Assembly: GCA_002269645.1 (NCBI GenBank)
Contig: NIVC01001010.1
Coordinates: forward strand, 317,991-381,990
Reading direction: 5' to 3'
Source of the DNA: Macrostomum lignano
Taxonomy: Eukaryota
DNA length: 64,000 nt
Shown piece after piece: positions 23,319 through 36,555 of this stretch. Position numbers and translations under genes: made by a program. How positions within the stretch are numbered: position 1 is the stretch's first letter; each line of letters starts with the position of its first letter. The notes beneath the pieces were generated by a model. It saw only the letters and a list, made by a program, of their open reading frames with translations, did no database searches and was not told the origin of the DNA.

Positions 23319-26300
23319 CTTGTTACTTTTAATTTATAAGTTGGACAATATCAAATTTTCAAGATTTGAGATTTAGCTTAATTAGCATCTTGTAGGCCTA
23401 TTTACACTATAGTTTATCTATTAATTGTTAATAATGTTACTTGTTAAATGTATCCAATGATGATAATAAAAAGAAAAACAATGATGATTTACTATTATGC
23501 TTGTTAATAACTTGATGTATATATCAAACATAGGTATAATAATATTAGCAAGCTTCTAATTTGTTTTGCAATATTAGTTTCTAGTTTGAATCAGTGCCAC
23601 AACATAGTGTCTCTAAGCACTAGATGGAGCAATTTATTGAAAGTAAATAGAGCAATAGTTAGAGTAGTAAATAGAGCAATAGATTAGGACAGTAAAAGTA
23701 TAAATAGATAGAGTGGTCAATAGAGTAATAGATAAAGCAATAGATAAGAGCTAAGGGCTAAAGAATTCTTTGATACCATTTAACTATCCCTTTTGTCCAT
23801 AGATATCATTTTCTACTATGACACTATATTGCAACATCAATTCAAACTTGAAAATTAATATCATATCAGGAAACAAACTAGATCACTATAACCATAATAT
23901 CATATTTATCTTGAAAATCTAGACTTTTTTTAGATCTTAAAACCAAGATTAAAATTGAATAAAGTGAAAAAAGGCTAAGATCTTGATAAACCTCTATTTG
24001 ATTTTATTAAGTTTACTGAAAGTTAACTAATAATAGGCCCCCTATACTAGTTAATAAGCATTAATCTATTAACATAGGCCCCTAATACAAATTCAAAAAA
24101 TAATTTTTTTCAAAACAGACTTTATATTGCATTGTCCTTGTTTTTCTTTTTAGCTAATATGGGCTTAGTTTTATAGAGAGGTTGTCTTGTTTTCCAAGAA
24201 ATTTATATGCTAAAAAGTAGAAAAATAATAATTAAAACTTACTTATAAAAATATTACTTCAAAAAAACAGTTTAAAGTAAAATAAGTAAGTCTAACTTAT
24301 TTACTTGAAACTTAAAAGCTAATTAATTGGGAATATAAACAAAGTTTGTATTTTAGGCATAATTTAGGCAATAATTATTCTAGGCATATAGCTAAAAACT
24401 TTCTTTAGAGAGAAAATATATGCAGCTTCTAATCAATCCAAAAACAAGACAAGCTAGTGACAGATGATTTGGCAATTAGTCAAAGTGGCAATAAACAATC
24501 TCATAATAGATTTTGTATTGGATATTTTTATAGATTTTAGATACATATACAAATACAACTTTATATGTAGTATTTACTATTTACATGTAGAAAATTCACT
24601 TTAGGATTGTGTCTTTCCTAATAATAAAAACTGTACATTATACAACTTGGCTATACTTCTGAAATAATTTAAGCTCTCTAATCTATTTAAATGCCAAATA
24701 TCCAATTTAATAGCTTTTTACTACACTTTGTCACTGGATTGACTGTTGCCAGATTGTCTGTCAGTGTCACCAGATTTTCCTGTGGTTGCCCAGGGCCCAG
24801 GGATGGTGGAGCCTAATATTTTAGAGGGGCAACAGGTACAAGGCAAGGGGGGCACAAGTACCTTTATAAGATGCTAATTGGGGTCTAAAATTAGAAAAGC
24901 ACTAAAAATTACCACATGAACTCATTTTCTGGGGGGGACACATACCCCCAGTGCCGCAAGCTCTTGCTGCCCATGCTGTCGCCACCAGCCCACCACTAGG
25001 AATCCTAGGATGCTAGATTGACTAGATACTAGGATAGGCTACCCCAGCAGAGGGAAAAAAGAAAGATAGTAGAAAAGCAACAAAAAAGAAAATTTTTACG
25101 CTGTTTGGGGGGATACATCTTCCCTTTCCTATACCCCTGGTTTTCTCAGAGCAGAGCACTAGAAGATGCAGCAGAAAGTTACAAAAGAATAACAAAGATT
25201 AGGAAAGAAGTGAATCAAAGCAATACTTATGTGCTAGCAGTAAAATTCATAATTTTAATTCATTTAAATTTATAAGTAAGAATTTGTTGCGATGCCGCAG
25301 CCAATGATGAAATGATCGTGAATAGATTTTTTGAAAAATGCCTGTGACAGCTGTTTGTAGCTTTCAAAAATTTAAATAATTTTTTAGAAGATTGGCTTTG
25401 CAAAGCTTAGAGCAAAATATGTTTTACTAGGTCAATGTTTTAGACAATTTATTTCAATGATGAATTAAAATGCAAAATCTTTTGTTTTTCGATTTGAAAG
25501 ACTTTTTTTCATATTTAAGTTGGGTTGTATCTAAGAAAAAATTATCACTATATTTAATTCTTAAATACTTAGTCTGCTCTTCTCACGCCTTACCATGTTA
25601 AAATTTCGACTTGCACGTCTGTCTGCGTCTCGTCGACTATGCTAATTTTTTTTCTAATTACACTTACTCACTGCAAATCTGATAGTGTTTTGATACCATT
25701 CTATGTATGTTCTGTTTTAAATATTTATTTTATATATAAAATTGAAAATGTAAATGATGTAGGCCTCAATTCAATAGTTATAACAAACTCATACATTAAT
25801 AGTAAGTACTTTACCCAAGAAGCAAGTCTAAAAACAAGAAACAAGAAAAAAGCCTATTGTACTTTTGATCTTACTTTTTTTGTTCTTAGCTTAGTTTAGT
25901 AAATTATTTAACATTTTTTAATTTTTATCAATATTAAAATTGCACTATTTATCCTAATCTTTAGTCTAATATTTTATAATGTTTAACAAAATTTGGCTAA
26001 TCTGATTTAAAACTTATATAGAATTTATAAAAATGCATTCTACTATATCCTATATTTGTACTTTGGGAAAATATCAAATATTGCTTTTACTAAATTTGTC
26101 TAGAAGTTTGTCAATTATAAGTTTTTGAACATATTTAGCTCTAGATGTATTCAATTAGTAATGCTTTTGCTTAAGCCTATAGTTCTTTGTTGTTAAGTAA
26201 ACTTCAGGTATAGTCAATATATATTATATTCATATCATTATATAGTCTAGATTCACTCCTATTTGAGTTCATAAACAAATATTCTAAACTTATTTTTCTT

Positions 26301-26347
26301 CATGTGCCTTTGGGCAAAGCCTCTCCACTTCTTTGATATTCTTTACA

Positions 26348-29300
26348 ATGGAGCTAGACAATGAATGCGAAATGGATGACTACCTATTGAATTGCGACCC
26401 AATTGACACTGATGAAATCATCTACTACAATGACTCCCAGTCAGCAGCTGAGGCTGAGGCCAGCTTCCGCGGTCGCGCCTCTACCTGGGACCCCTCATTT
26501 AAACGTCGACAGCATGATGCTGCCGCAGCCGCTGCTGCAGCCGCTTCAGCGAGTCCATCCTCGTCATCGGCCACTACCGATGTTGCATTGTCGCTTGACG
26601 AGCCTGGGCCTAGTTATCTGCAGTCTGGCAGCCTCTTCAACTCTCAATTCGGCTCCGGCACTGCCAACTCGTCAACGTCTGCCGCTGCAGCGGCGGCCGC
26701 GGCTGTAGCTGCTGCACAGAAGCGACGGAACGCTTGGGGCAACCAGAGCTACGCTGAGCTCATCACCCAGGCCATCCAATCCAGTCCGAATGGCCGGCTG
26801 ACCCTGGCCGAGATCTACGACTGGATGGTGCGTCACGTGCCCTACTTCACAGCCCGGAGTGATTCGGCAAGCTCGGCTGGTTGGAAGGTTTGTTAATGTG
26901 ATATTGTGTCTGTGGGTAGTCATTGCAGTGATCTTGTGTCTGTGGGTAGGCATTGCAGTGATATTGTGTCTGTGGGTTGCCATGGCAGTGATCTTGTGTC
27001 TGTGGGTAGTCATTGCAGTGATCTTGTGTCTGTGGGTAGTCATTGCAGTGATCTTGTGTCTGTGGGTAGGCATTGCAGTGATCTTATCTCTGTGAGTAGC
27101 CATTGCAGTGATATTGTGTCTGTGGGTAGCCATTGCAGTGATCTTGTGTCTGTGGGTAGTCATTGCAGTGATCTTATCTCTGTGGGTAGCCATTGCAGTG
27201 ATCTTGTGTCTGTGGGTAGTCATTGCAGTGATCTTGTGTCTGTGGGTAGGCATAGCAGTGATATTGTGTCTGTGGGTAGGCATTGCAGTGATCTTGTGTC
27301 TGTAGGTAGGCATAGCAGTGATCTTGTGTCTGTGGGTAGGCATTGCAGTGATCTTGTGTCTGTGGGTAGTCATTGCAGTGATCTTGTGTCTGTGGGTAGG
27401 CATTGCAGTGATCTTGTGTCTGTGGGTAGGCATAGCAGTGATATTGTGTCTGTGGGTAGGCATTGCAGTGATCTTGTGTCTGTAGGTAGGCATAGCAGTG
27501 ATCTTGTGTCTGTGGGTAGGCATAGCAGTGATATTGTGTCTGTGGGTAGGCATTGCAGTGATCTTGTGTCTGTGGGTAGGCATAGCAGTGATATTGTGTC
27601 TGTGGGTAGGCATTGCAGTGATCTTGTGTCTGTAGGTAGGCATAGCAGTGATCTTGTGTCTGTGGGTAGGTACTGCAGTGAACTTTAGCCAATTATATTT
27701 TGTGAGAATAAAGACAATAAAAGACACTAACATGGTTTCTTGCTTTATTGCTGAGCAGCAAACTCTAGCTAATCTACTGGCTCAAGTTCTAATAGCTACA
27801 CAGGAGCGATGGCACCAGTTGTACTAAATTGTTGCAGAGCGCGCCACTTAATGTTCTGTCTCTTCGCAGCCGAGTTCCAATAAGTTGCCCAGGCTTGGAT
27901 AATTTCTCACTCTCACCCCTACAGCCAAACTCGTTGCAATTTCCTCTGCTCAGTTGCTTCCAACCGCCCCCCCCCCAGTCCCTTCCTTTTGGGTAATTGA
28001 AACGTTTAAATAAAATTGCTGGCTGCGCCAAGGCTTCTGGGGAAATGCATAAAATCTTGAATAATTCAAATTGCCCGAACCCAGCTTCTGTGTCTTGAGG
28101 CGTTGGAGGATTTTTATTTAGAAAGTTGTTATTTTCAATTTCCGCTAGCAAATTGCAGCTCAGCTGTTTCGAAAAATTCTGCTTTTGGTACAGCGACAAA
28201 TTCGATTTCGATATGGTTTTAATAGAATCGAAATGTACTCGAACAAACCGCGATCCAAAACTGTTGCAATAATTATGCAACTAATTTTCATAAACAATTC
28301 ATTAAGCGCATCATTTTATTTAATTACAATATGGAATATTTTCAAAATTACCGCTTTCTGAAATTCGGAGCTTCATTTCTGAAATTCGGAGCTTCATTCT
28401 TAAATTCGGCACTTTATTTCTGAAATTCGGAGCTTCATTTCTTAAATTCGGAGCTTCATTCTGAAATTCGGAGCTTCATTTCTTAAATTCAGAGCTTCAT
28501 TCTGAAATTCAGAGCTTCATTTCTTAAATTCGGAGCTTCATTCTGAAATTCGGAGCTTCATTTCTTAAATTCGGAGCTTCATTCTGAAATTCGGAGCTTC
28601 ATTTCTTAAATTTGGAGCTTCATTCTTAAATTCGGCACTTCATTTCTTAAATTCGGAGATTCATTTCTTAAATTCGGAGCTTCATTTCTGAAATTCAGGG
28701 CTTCATTTCTAAAATTCGGAACTTCATTTCTGAAATTCGGAGCTTCATTTCTCAATCTCAGGGCTTCATTTCTAAAATTCGGAGCTTCATTTCTGAAATT
28801 CAGGGCTTCATTTCTGAAATTCAGGGCTTCATTTCTGGAATTCGGTGCTTCATTTCTAAAATTCGGAACTTCATTTCTGAAATTCGGAGCTTCATTTCTC
28901 AATCTCAGGGCTTCATTTCTAAAATTCGGAGCTTCATTTCTGAAATTCAGGGCTTCATTTCTGAAATTCAGGGCTTCATTTCTGAAATTCGGAGCTTCAT
29001 TTCTGAAATTCAGAGCTTCATTTCTGAAATTCAGCGCTTCATTTCTGAAATTCAGGGCTTTATTTCTTAAATTCAGGGCTTCATTTCTGAAATTCGGAGC
29101 TTCATTTCTAAAATTCAGAGCTTCATTTCTGAAATTCGGAGCTTCATTTCTGAAATTCAGAGCTTCATTTCTGAAATTCAGCGCTTCATTTCTGAAATTC
29201 AGGGCTTCATTTCTTAAATTCAGGGCTTCATTTCTGAAATTCGGAGCTTCATTTCTGAAATTCAGGGCTTCATTTCTGAAATTCGGAGCTTCATTTCTGA

Positions 29301-32300
29301 AATTCAGAGCTTCATTTCTGAAATTCAGCGCTTCATTTCTGAAATTCAGGGCTTCATTTCTGAAATTCGGAGCTTCATTTCTGAAATTCAGGGCTTCATT
29401 TCTGGAATTCGGTGCTTCATTTCTAAAATTCGGAACTTCATTTCTGAAATTCGGAGGTTCATTTCTCAATCTCAGGGCTTCATTTCTAAAATTCGGTGCT
29501 TCATTTCTGAAATTCAGGGCTTCATTTCTGAAATTCGGAGCTTCATTTCTTCATTTTGCATTTTGCTGCACTCTACTGGAGCTGTACTTTAGACGCCATT
29601 TCCTTATTATTTCCTAATCCTCGTTTTTCGGCATCAAGCAGGGGCCGGCGAATATCTGTGACGTGCGTGTCGTGCACTTCTAGCAGTCAGCTGCTAATTA
29701 ATTCACTCAATTCCATTCTGACGTCATTAACGGCTGTTCGCTTCGCTTCGCTAGGCAAAGAGATTAATTCATTTCTATTCAGTCCAAAGTTCAAAGGCTG
29801 ATCACAGAAGATTGTTCAAATTTTCATCTCGGAGAGAAGCTTGCTAATGCGACAAGACGTTTCAAGGCTAAGCCTGTCAGTCCACCTGTCCGCTAAGTTT
29901 ACAGCATCTGTCAGTCCACCTGTCTGCTGTGTTTACAGCATCTGTCAGCTCACCTGTCTGCTGTGTCTACAGCATCCGTCAGCTAATCTGTCTGCTGTGT
30001 TTACAGCATCTGTCAGCTCACATGTCTGCTGTGTTTACAGCATCTGTCAGCTCACCTGTCTGCTGTGTTTACAGCATCTGTCAGTCCACCTGTCTGCTGT
30101 GTTTACAGCATCTGTCAGCTCACCTGTCTGCTGTGTTTACAGCATCTGTCAGTCCACCTGTCTGCTGTGTTTACAGCATCTGTCAGCTCACCTGTCTGCT
30201 GTGTTTACAGCATCTGTCAGTCCACCTGTCTGCTGTGTTTACAGCATCTGTCAGCTCACCTGTCTGCTGTGTCTACAGCATCCGTCAGCTAATCTGTCTG
30301 CTGTGTTTACAGCATCTGTCAGATTACCTGTCTGCTGTGTTTACAGCATCTGTCAGCTCACCTAACTGCTGTGTTTACAGCATCTGTCAGCTCACCTAAC
30401 TGCTGTGTTTACAGCATCTGTCAGCTCACATGTCTGCTGTGTTTACAGCATCTGTCAGCTCACCTGTCTGCTGTGTTTACAGCATCTGTCAGCTCACCTG
30501 TCTGCTGTGTCTACAGCATCCGTCAGCTAATCTGTCTGCTGTGTTTACAGCATCTGTCAGATTACCTGTCTGCTGTGTTTACAGCATCTGTCAGCTCACC
30601 TAACTGCTGTGTTTACAGCATCTGTCAGCTCACCTAACTGCTGTGTTTACAGCATCTGTCAGCTCACATGTCTGCTGTGTTTACAGCATCTGTCAGCTCA
30701 CCTGTCTGCTGTGTTTACAGCATCTGTCAGCTCACATGTCTGCTGTGTTTACAGCATCTGTCAGCTCACCTGTCTGCTGTGTTTACAGCATCCGTCAGCT
30801 AATCTGTCTGCTGTGTTTACAGCATCTGTCAGTCCACTTGTCTGCTGTGTTCCAACATCTTTCGGCAGACCGTTGCTGCGACTGTTTTAGATGTTTTTTG
30901 CAGCCAGATTCATCCGATTTAGACAGTGTCTGCTGCTTACGAGTACTGCGCCAATTAAACCATTCCGCATCCGTCCTTCTGCACCTGCGATTAAATCCTT
31001 TGATTTTAAGTCAAGCGATTAAGCAATTGCTGCGCCCATCTGCTTTTTTCGTTGCGCAACTGGGTGAAATTTTTAGCATATTCTTTTCTTTGCCAAATAG
31101 CCTTTCACGTCACTCTTTAGGCCTTGAAAACCTGAACAAATTCTGCTTGGCCATGGTTTTCAGTCCCAGTTCTATTTTTTATTGAATATTAATATTCTGT
31201 ATGATAAGCTTGTTAGTTCAACTCGAATAGCTTATGAATAAATAAGTGTCAGTGCGTCTGCAGCTTTTGTTAATAAATCCAGATGGTTAGAAATTGGTTC
31301 CAGTAGTTTAAAATTAGTCATAATTACATGTATCTGAGTCCCAATCTCCTGTATCTGAGTCCCAATCTCCTGTATCTGAGTCCCAATCTCCTGTATCTGA
31401 GTCCCAATCTCCTGTATCTGAGTCCCAATCTCCTGTAGCTGAGTCCCAATCTCCTGTATCTGAGTCCCAATCTCCTGTAGCTGAGTCCCAATCTCCTGTA
31501 TCTGAGTCCCAATCTCCTGTATCTGAGTCCCAATCTCCTGTATCTGAGTCCCAATCTCCTGTATCTGAGTCCCAATCTCCTGTATCTGAGTCCCAATCTC
31601 CTGTATCTGAGTCCCAATCTCCTGTATCTGAGTCCCAATCTCCTGTATCTGAGTCCCAATCTCCTGTATCTGAGTCCCAATCTCCTGTATCTGAGTCCCA
31701 ATCTCCTGTATCTGAGTCCCAATCTCCTGTATCTGAGTCCCAATCTCCTGTATCTGAGTCCCAATCTCCTGTATCTGAGTCCCAATCTCCTGTATCTGAG
31801 TCCCAATCTCATGTATCTGAGTCCCAATCTCCTGTATCTGAGTCCCAATCTCATGTATCTGAGTCCCAATCTTCTGTATCTGAGTCACAATAATCTCTAC
31901 CTGAGTCCTGATCGCCTGTAACTGAGTCCCGATCGAATGTAACTGATTCCCGATCGACTGTAACTGAGTCCCGATCGAATGTAACTGATTCCCGATCGAC
32001 TGTAACTGAGTCGGATCGCTTGTCCTGGAAGCCTAATGATCTGCAACCAGGCGAGCTATTATTATTAAAGCAGCCGCCGCCCTCCACCCGACACTCCGCA
32101 GAACTCCGTCCGCCACAATCTATCGTTGCACAACAAATTCGTCCGCGTACAAAACGACCAGTCGGGCAAATCCTCATATTGGACCATCAATCACGAGATC
32201 CGCGATCGGGCCAGCTACCGGCGGCGGGCGGCCACGGCCGAGACGCGAAGCGGTGAACTGCTGCACAAACGGCAGCTGGCGCTGGCCAAGCAGCGCGCTC

Positions 32301-32935
32301 GTACGGCTGCTGCGGCCGCCGCCGCCGCCTCCTCCGCCGTCGGGGCTTTCAGCGAGGCTTCTCCGCCGCCGCCGCCGAAGCAGCAGCAGCAGCACCGGAC
32401 GCCAAGCGCCGCGCCTCTGTCGGCACCCGCCACTCCGATGCAGCGTCCGCCCATGCCGCGCACCCTCAGCGTCACCGAGGTTATCCGGGACCTGGTGCCG
32501 CCCGAACAGCTGCTGGACCATTCGCGCACCACCGAGGACCTGCTGCTGGAGTCGCTGACAGATGCCGTCCTGCAGGAGGCCTGTCCGGAGATTGAGCAGC
32601 AGCAGCAGATGCCTATGCAGGAGCTCGCTAACCAGCTCAATCAGCTGTCCTGTCGCCAGCAACTAAGCGACTCATCCATTGTCTCTCCACAGCTGCCGCC
32701 TCAGCCTCAGCCTCCTCAATTGCTTCATCAGCAGTACCAGCATCAGCTGCATCGGCAGAGCAGCGCATCGGCTGGCATGTGGTTTAACAGCGATCTTGGG
32801 CTGCCTGACATTCAGGAAGCAGCCGAGCAGCCGTCTAGCAGCGGCGGCTGCTGCAACGGCGGTCAGCCTCAACAGCTCCTGGGCGCCTCGTCGCAGTTGC
32901 AACAATACGACCTGTTGATGGAGGAGTTTGCCTAG
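26348..32935 (+). CDS. FOXO: Forkhead box O transcription factor, 457 aa; exons 26348-26887 and 32102-32935
   Basis: [18 protein letters not shown]...[15 protein letters not shown]...SSAGWK|[28 protein letters not shown]. The phase-0 intron at WK|NS is the conserved FoxO position. Akt motifs RGRAST and RRRAAT are present. Confidence 0.95.
26895..27680. repeat. 30-bp minisatellite starting 7 nt after the FoxO donor
   Basis: gtgatcttgtgtctgtgggtagtcattgca units. Confidence 0.95.
28360..29550. repeat. 20/21-bp minisatellite (gaaattcggagcttcatttct)
   Basis: Tandem copies in the FoxO intron. Confidence 0.95.
29875..30850. repeat. 34-bp minisatellite (tgtctgctgtgtttacagcatctgtcagctcacc)
   Basis: Tandem copies in the FoxO intron. 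Confidence 0.95.
31330..32010. repeat. 21-bp minisatellite (tcctgtatctgagtcccaatc) grading into a related 20-bp repeat near the FoxO acceptor
   Basis: Near-perfect copies 31330-31875, diverged copies to 32010. Confidence 0.93.
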
Positions 32936-33048
32936 GCTGCTGTTCGGTTTGTCCAGATAATGACGTTACGGGTGAGCAGCAGCCTAAGATGGGGTCGTAT
33001 TCAGTTACTTTACCTTACGCCTAATCAGGCGTAAATTTCTTTATTTGA

Positions 33049-33335
33049 GGGTCTTGTAGCCTCGAGTGGTTTAATCGTCGGACTCACGACTGAAAGGTTG
33101 GTCGGGGGTTCGATTCTCGACCCATCTTGAACAATTTGGGTCCTTGAGCAAGTCACTTAACTCTGCAGTGCTTCAGTTTACCCAGGGCAATTGAGGGGTT
33201 GTGTGGCGACCCCCCCCCCCCAGTCCTTGGACTGACCAGCCGTACGCAGCCTTCAGATGCGCCGCGCAATAGCTGCGGCTGAGCTGTCGGTTGCACATCT
33301 GGCCCTATTAGGACAGGTGTAATCAATTATTATTA
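33049..33335 (+). mobile_element. tRNA-derived SINE (family B)
   Basis: A box TAGCCTCGAGTGG, B box GGTTCGATTCT, central GTCCTTGAGCAAG..ACTT..CTTCAGTT.ACCCAG; homologous to 54780-55059. Confidence 0.8.
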
Positions 33336-33859
33336 CTCTTTAGTTGAGTCAATCATTAAAGTTTAGAGACAGTCTCTTAGAGCTCAGCGGAGCTAACTAA
33401 CGGTTGTTGAAGTGTTGAATAACCTGACGGCCTCGGCCGCTGCTGGTCCTTGTAGCTTCGATATCGCACTTGGCATCGGGACTGTTGATGCACTCTCTGG
33501 CAGTTAAAAATATCTGTTATATTTTGTTCATTCTTCTCCTTTTCCAGCTTTCTGTGTCTGCGCAAATTATTTTAGAACCTCTGAAGATTTCTGTCATTTT
33601 CCTGCTTTTCTTGATGCGCTAAACCAAAGCATTGTTCCCGCGTTTTTTACCTGTGAATCAATCATTTCTATTTTAGTCATTATTTGTCTTACTGTGCGGC
33701 AAACAGGGGGCAACAGCCTCTCTCGGCATCCTTCTCAGTGCAGCTGCGGCGCTTTGTCTGGTGTTTTGTATGTTATTAGTAGTTTTGTGACGGCTTTATT
33801 AGAGGATTTTCTTACAAATCATTGATTTCCATAGATTAATATTTATTAGATTAAGATAA

Positions 33860-33939
<80 letters not shown>

Positions 33940-33942
33940 TAG

Positions 33943-33979
<37 letters not shown>

Positions 33980-33994
33980 TAGTGTCTGTCTGCC

Positions 33995-34031
<37 letters not shown>

Positions 34032-34034
34032 GCC

Positions 34035-34087
<53 letters not shown>

Positions 34088-34090
34088 TAG

Positions 34091-34123
<33 letters not shown>

Positions 34124-34126
34124 TAG

Positions 34127-34159
<33 letters not shown>

Positions 34160-34162
34160 TAG

Positions 34163-34219
<57 letters not shown>

Positions 34220-34285
34220 TAGTGTCTGTCTGTCTGCCTGTCTGTCTGTCTGTCTTTCTGTCTGTCTGTCTGTCTGTCTGTCTGT
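33860..34285. repeat. (TCTG)n microsatellite
   Basis: Direct observation. Confidence 0.97.
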
Positions 34286-34659
34286 CCCTGGCCCCACTCT
34301 ACATGACTTGAATAATTTTCCTTTTCTTACTTGTACATGTAGTTATGTGCTGTTTGTTGTTTACAAATGTCATATTGTTCTAGTGGATTTTTAATTATCA
34401 GGAGCTATTGATTGAGCTGTTTTATGTGCAGATTAATTTGACAAAAAGTGGGGTTTTCTTGTCCTGTGTCGGCGTGGCTCTGCGTCATTCTTTGTTTTAT
34501 TTTTTTACACTTTTAATTATCGTTAAGTAGTGTAGAATTTCACTGTGCTTCTGTTGGCTAAAATGTATTGTTTTAAAGTAAAATCCACAGATATATTTTT
34601 ACTGCAGTTCTTGACTGGATCATTTTGTAGCAACCAATGCTGGCATTAGCTGATTTCTC

Positions 34660-35462
34660 CCTCTGCTACCTTCTCACACCCTCTGCTACCTTCTCACACC
34701 CTCTGCTACCTTCTCACACCTTCTGCTACCTTCTCACACCCTCTGCTACCTTCTCACACCCTCTGCTACCTTCTCACACCCTCTGCTACCTTCTCACACC
34801 ATCTGCTACCTTCTCACACCCTCTGCTACCTTCCCACACCCTCTGCTACCTTCCCACACCCTCTGCTACCTTCTCACACCCTCTGCTACCTTCTCACACC
34901 CTCTGCTACCTTCTCACACCCTCTGCTACCTTCTCACACCTTCTGCTACCTTCTCACACCCTCTGCTACCTTCTCACACCTTCTGCTACCTTCTCACACC
35001 ATCTGCTACCTTCTCACACCCTCTGCTACCTTCCCACACCCTCTGCTACCTTCCCACACCCTCTGCTACCTTCTCACACCATCTGCTACCTTCTCACACC
35101 TTCTGCTACCTTCTCACATCCTCTGCTACCTTCTCACACCCTCTGCTACCTTCCCACACCCTCTGCTACCTTCTCACACCCTCTGCTACCTTCTCACACC
35201 TTCTGCTACCTTCTCACACCCTCTGCTACCTTCTCACACCATCTGCTACCTTCTCACACCCTCTGCTACCTTCTCACACCCTCTGCTACCTTCTCACACC
35301 ATCTGCTACCTTCTCACACCCTCTGCTACCTTCTCACACCCTCTGCTACCTTCTCACACCATCTGCTACCTTCCCACACCCTCTGCTACCTTCTCACACC
35401 CTCTGCTACCTTCTCACACCATCTGCTACCTTCTCACACCCTCTGCTACCTTCTCACATCCT
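34660..35462. repeat. 20-bp minisatellite (ccctctgctaccttctcaca)
   Basis: Tandem copies. Confidence 0.95.
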
Positions 35463-35959
35463 CTATCGGTGACAGCAGTTAATAAGAACTCCTTGAAAAA
35501 AATTTCAATGTCATCAAATCTCAGAAATTTGTGTTGTTGGTGAGCCCGCCTCAATCCGCCTATCTAATATTTGGTTTCGAAATGCTAACTGTCTCACTAT
35601 TTTTGGACTAATTCTTCTGTGTAGAAAAATATACTTACTTTTGGAACATTTTCTCCAATATTTTCCTTTGCCATTATTTTGTATTTTTAGTGTACCTCAT
35701 TCTGGTTCAGTTGAGAGTTAGCTGTCTTATCTGTGTTAATTATTCCATCCACGCTTCTATTGTCTTGCAGATCTTTGTGTCACTATTATAAATAGAACAT
35801 CGTGTTATATTTGCTTTTATTATAGAATTTTAATTAATTTTTCATTCAAGGGTATATCTAGATCGAAACAATACATATGAGATTATTGTGAGTTCATGAG
35901 ATTACTTGAAATTTAAAAGCGTTAAAATTGTTTCAGTTCTTTGAGAATTCAGGATATTT

Positions 35960-36555
35960 AATCTCTTGCAAATGGTCTTTGTTTTGCATCGATTCTACTG
36001 CAAATGGTCTTTGTTCTGTGTTGATTCTCTTGCAAATGGTCCTTGTTCTGCATTGATTCTCTTGCAAATGGTCTTTGTTCTGCATTGATTCTCTTGCAAA
36101 TGGTCCTTGTTCTGCATTGATTCTCTTGCAAATGGTCCTTGTTCTGCATTGATTCTCTTGCAAATGGTCCTTGTTCTGCATTGATTCTCTTGCAAATGGT
36201 CCTTGTTCTGCATTGATTCTCTTGCAAATGGTCCTTGTTCTGCATTGATTCTCTTGCAAATGGTCCTTGTTCTGCATTGATTCTCTTGCAAATGGTCCTT
36301 GTTCTGCATTGATTCTCTTGCAAATGGTCTTTGCTGTGCATTGATTCTCTTGCAAATGGTCCTTGTTCTGCATTGATTCTTTTGCAAATGGTCCTTGTTC
36401 TGCATTGATTCTCTTGCAAATGGTCTTTGTTCTGCATTGATTCTCTAGCAAATGGTCTTTGTTGTGCATTGATTCTCTTGCTAATAGACTTTGTTCTGCA
36501 TTGATTCTCTTGAAAATGGCCTTTGTTCTGCATTGGTCCTACTGCAAATGGTCTT
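35960..36555. repeat. 32-bp minisatellite (gcaaatggtccttgttctgcattgattctctt)
   Basis: Tandem copies. Confidence 0.95.

Noticed and set aside
33015-33034. 8-bp stem hairpin ttacgcct-aatc-aggcgtaa after the FoxO stop
   Set aside because: Too short to distinguish from chance; no Helitron-type CTRR end.
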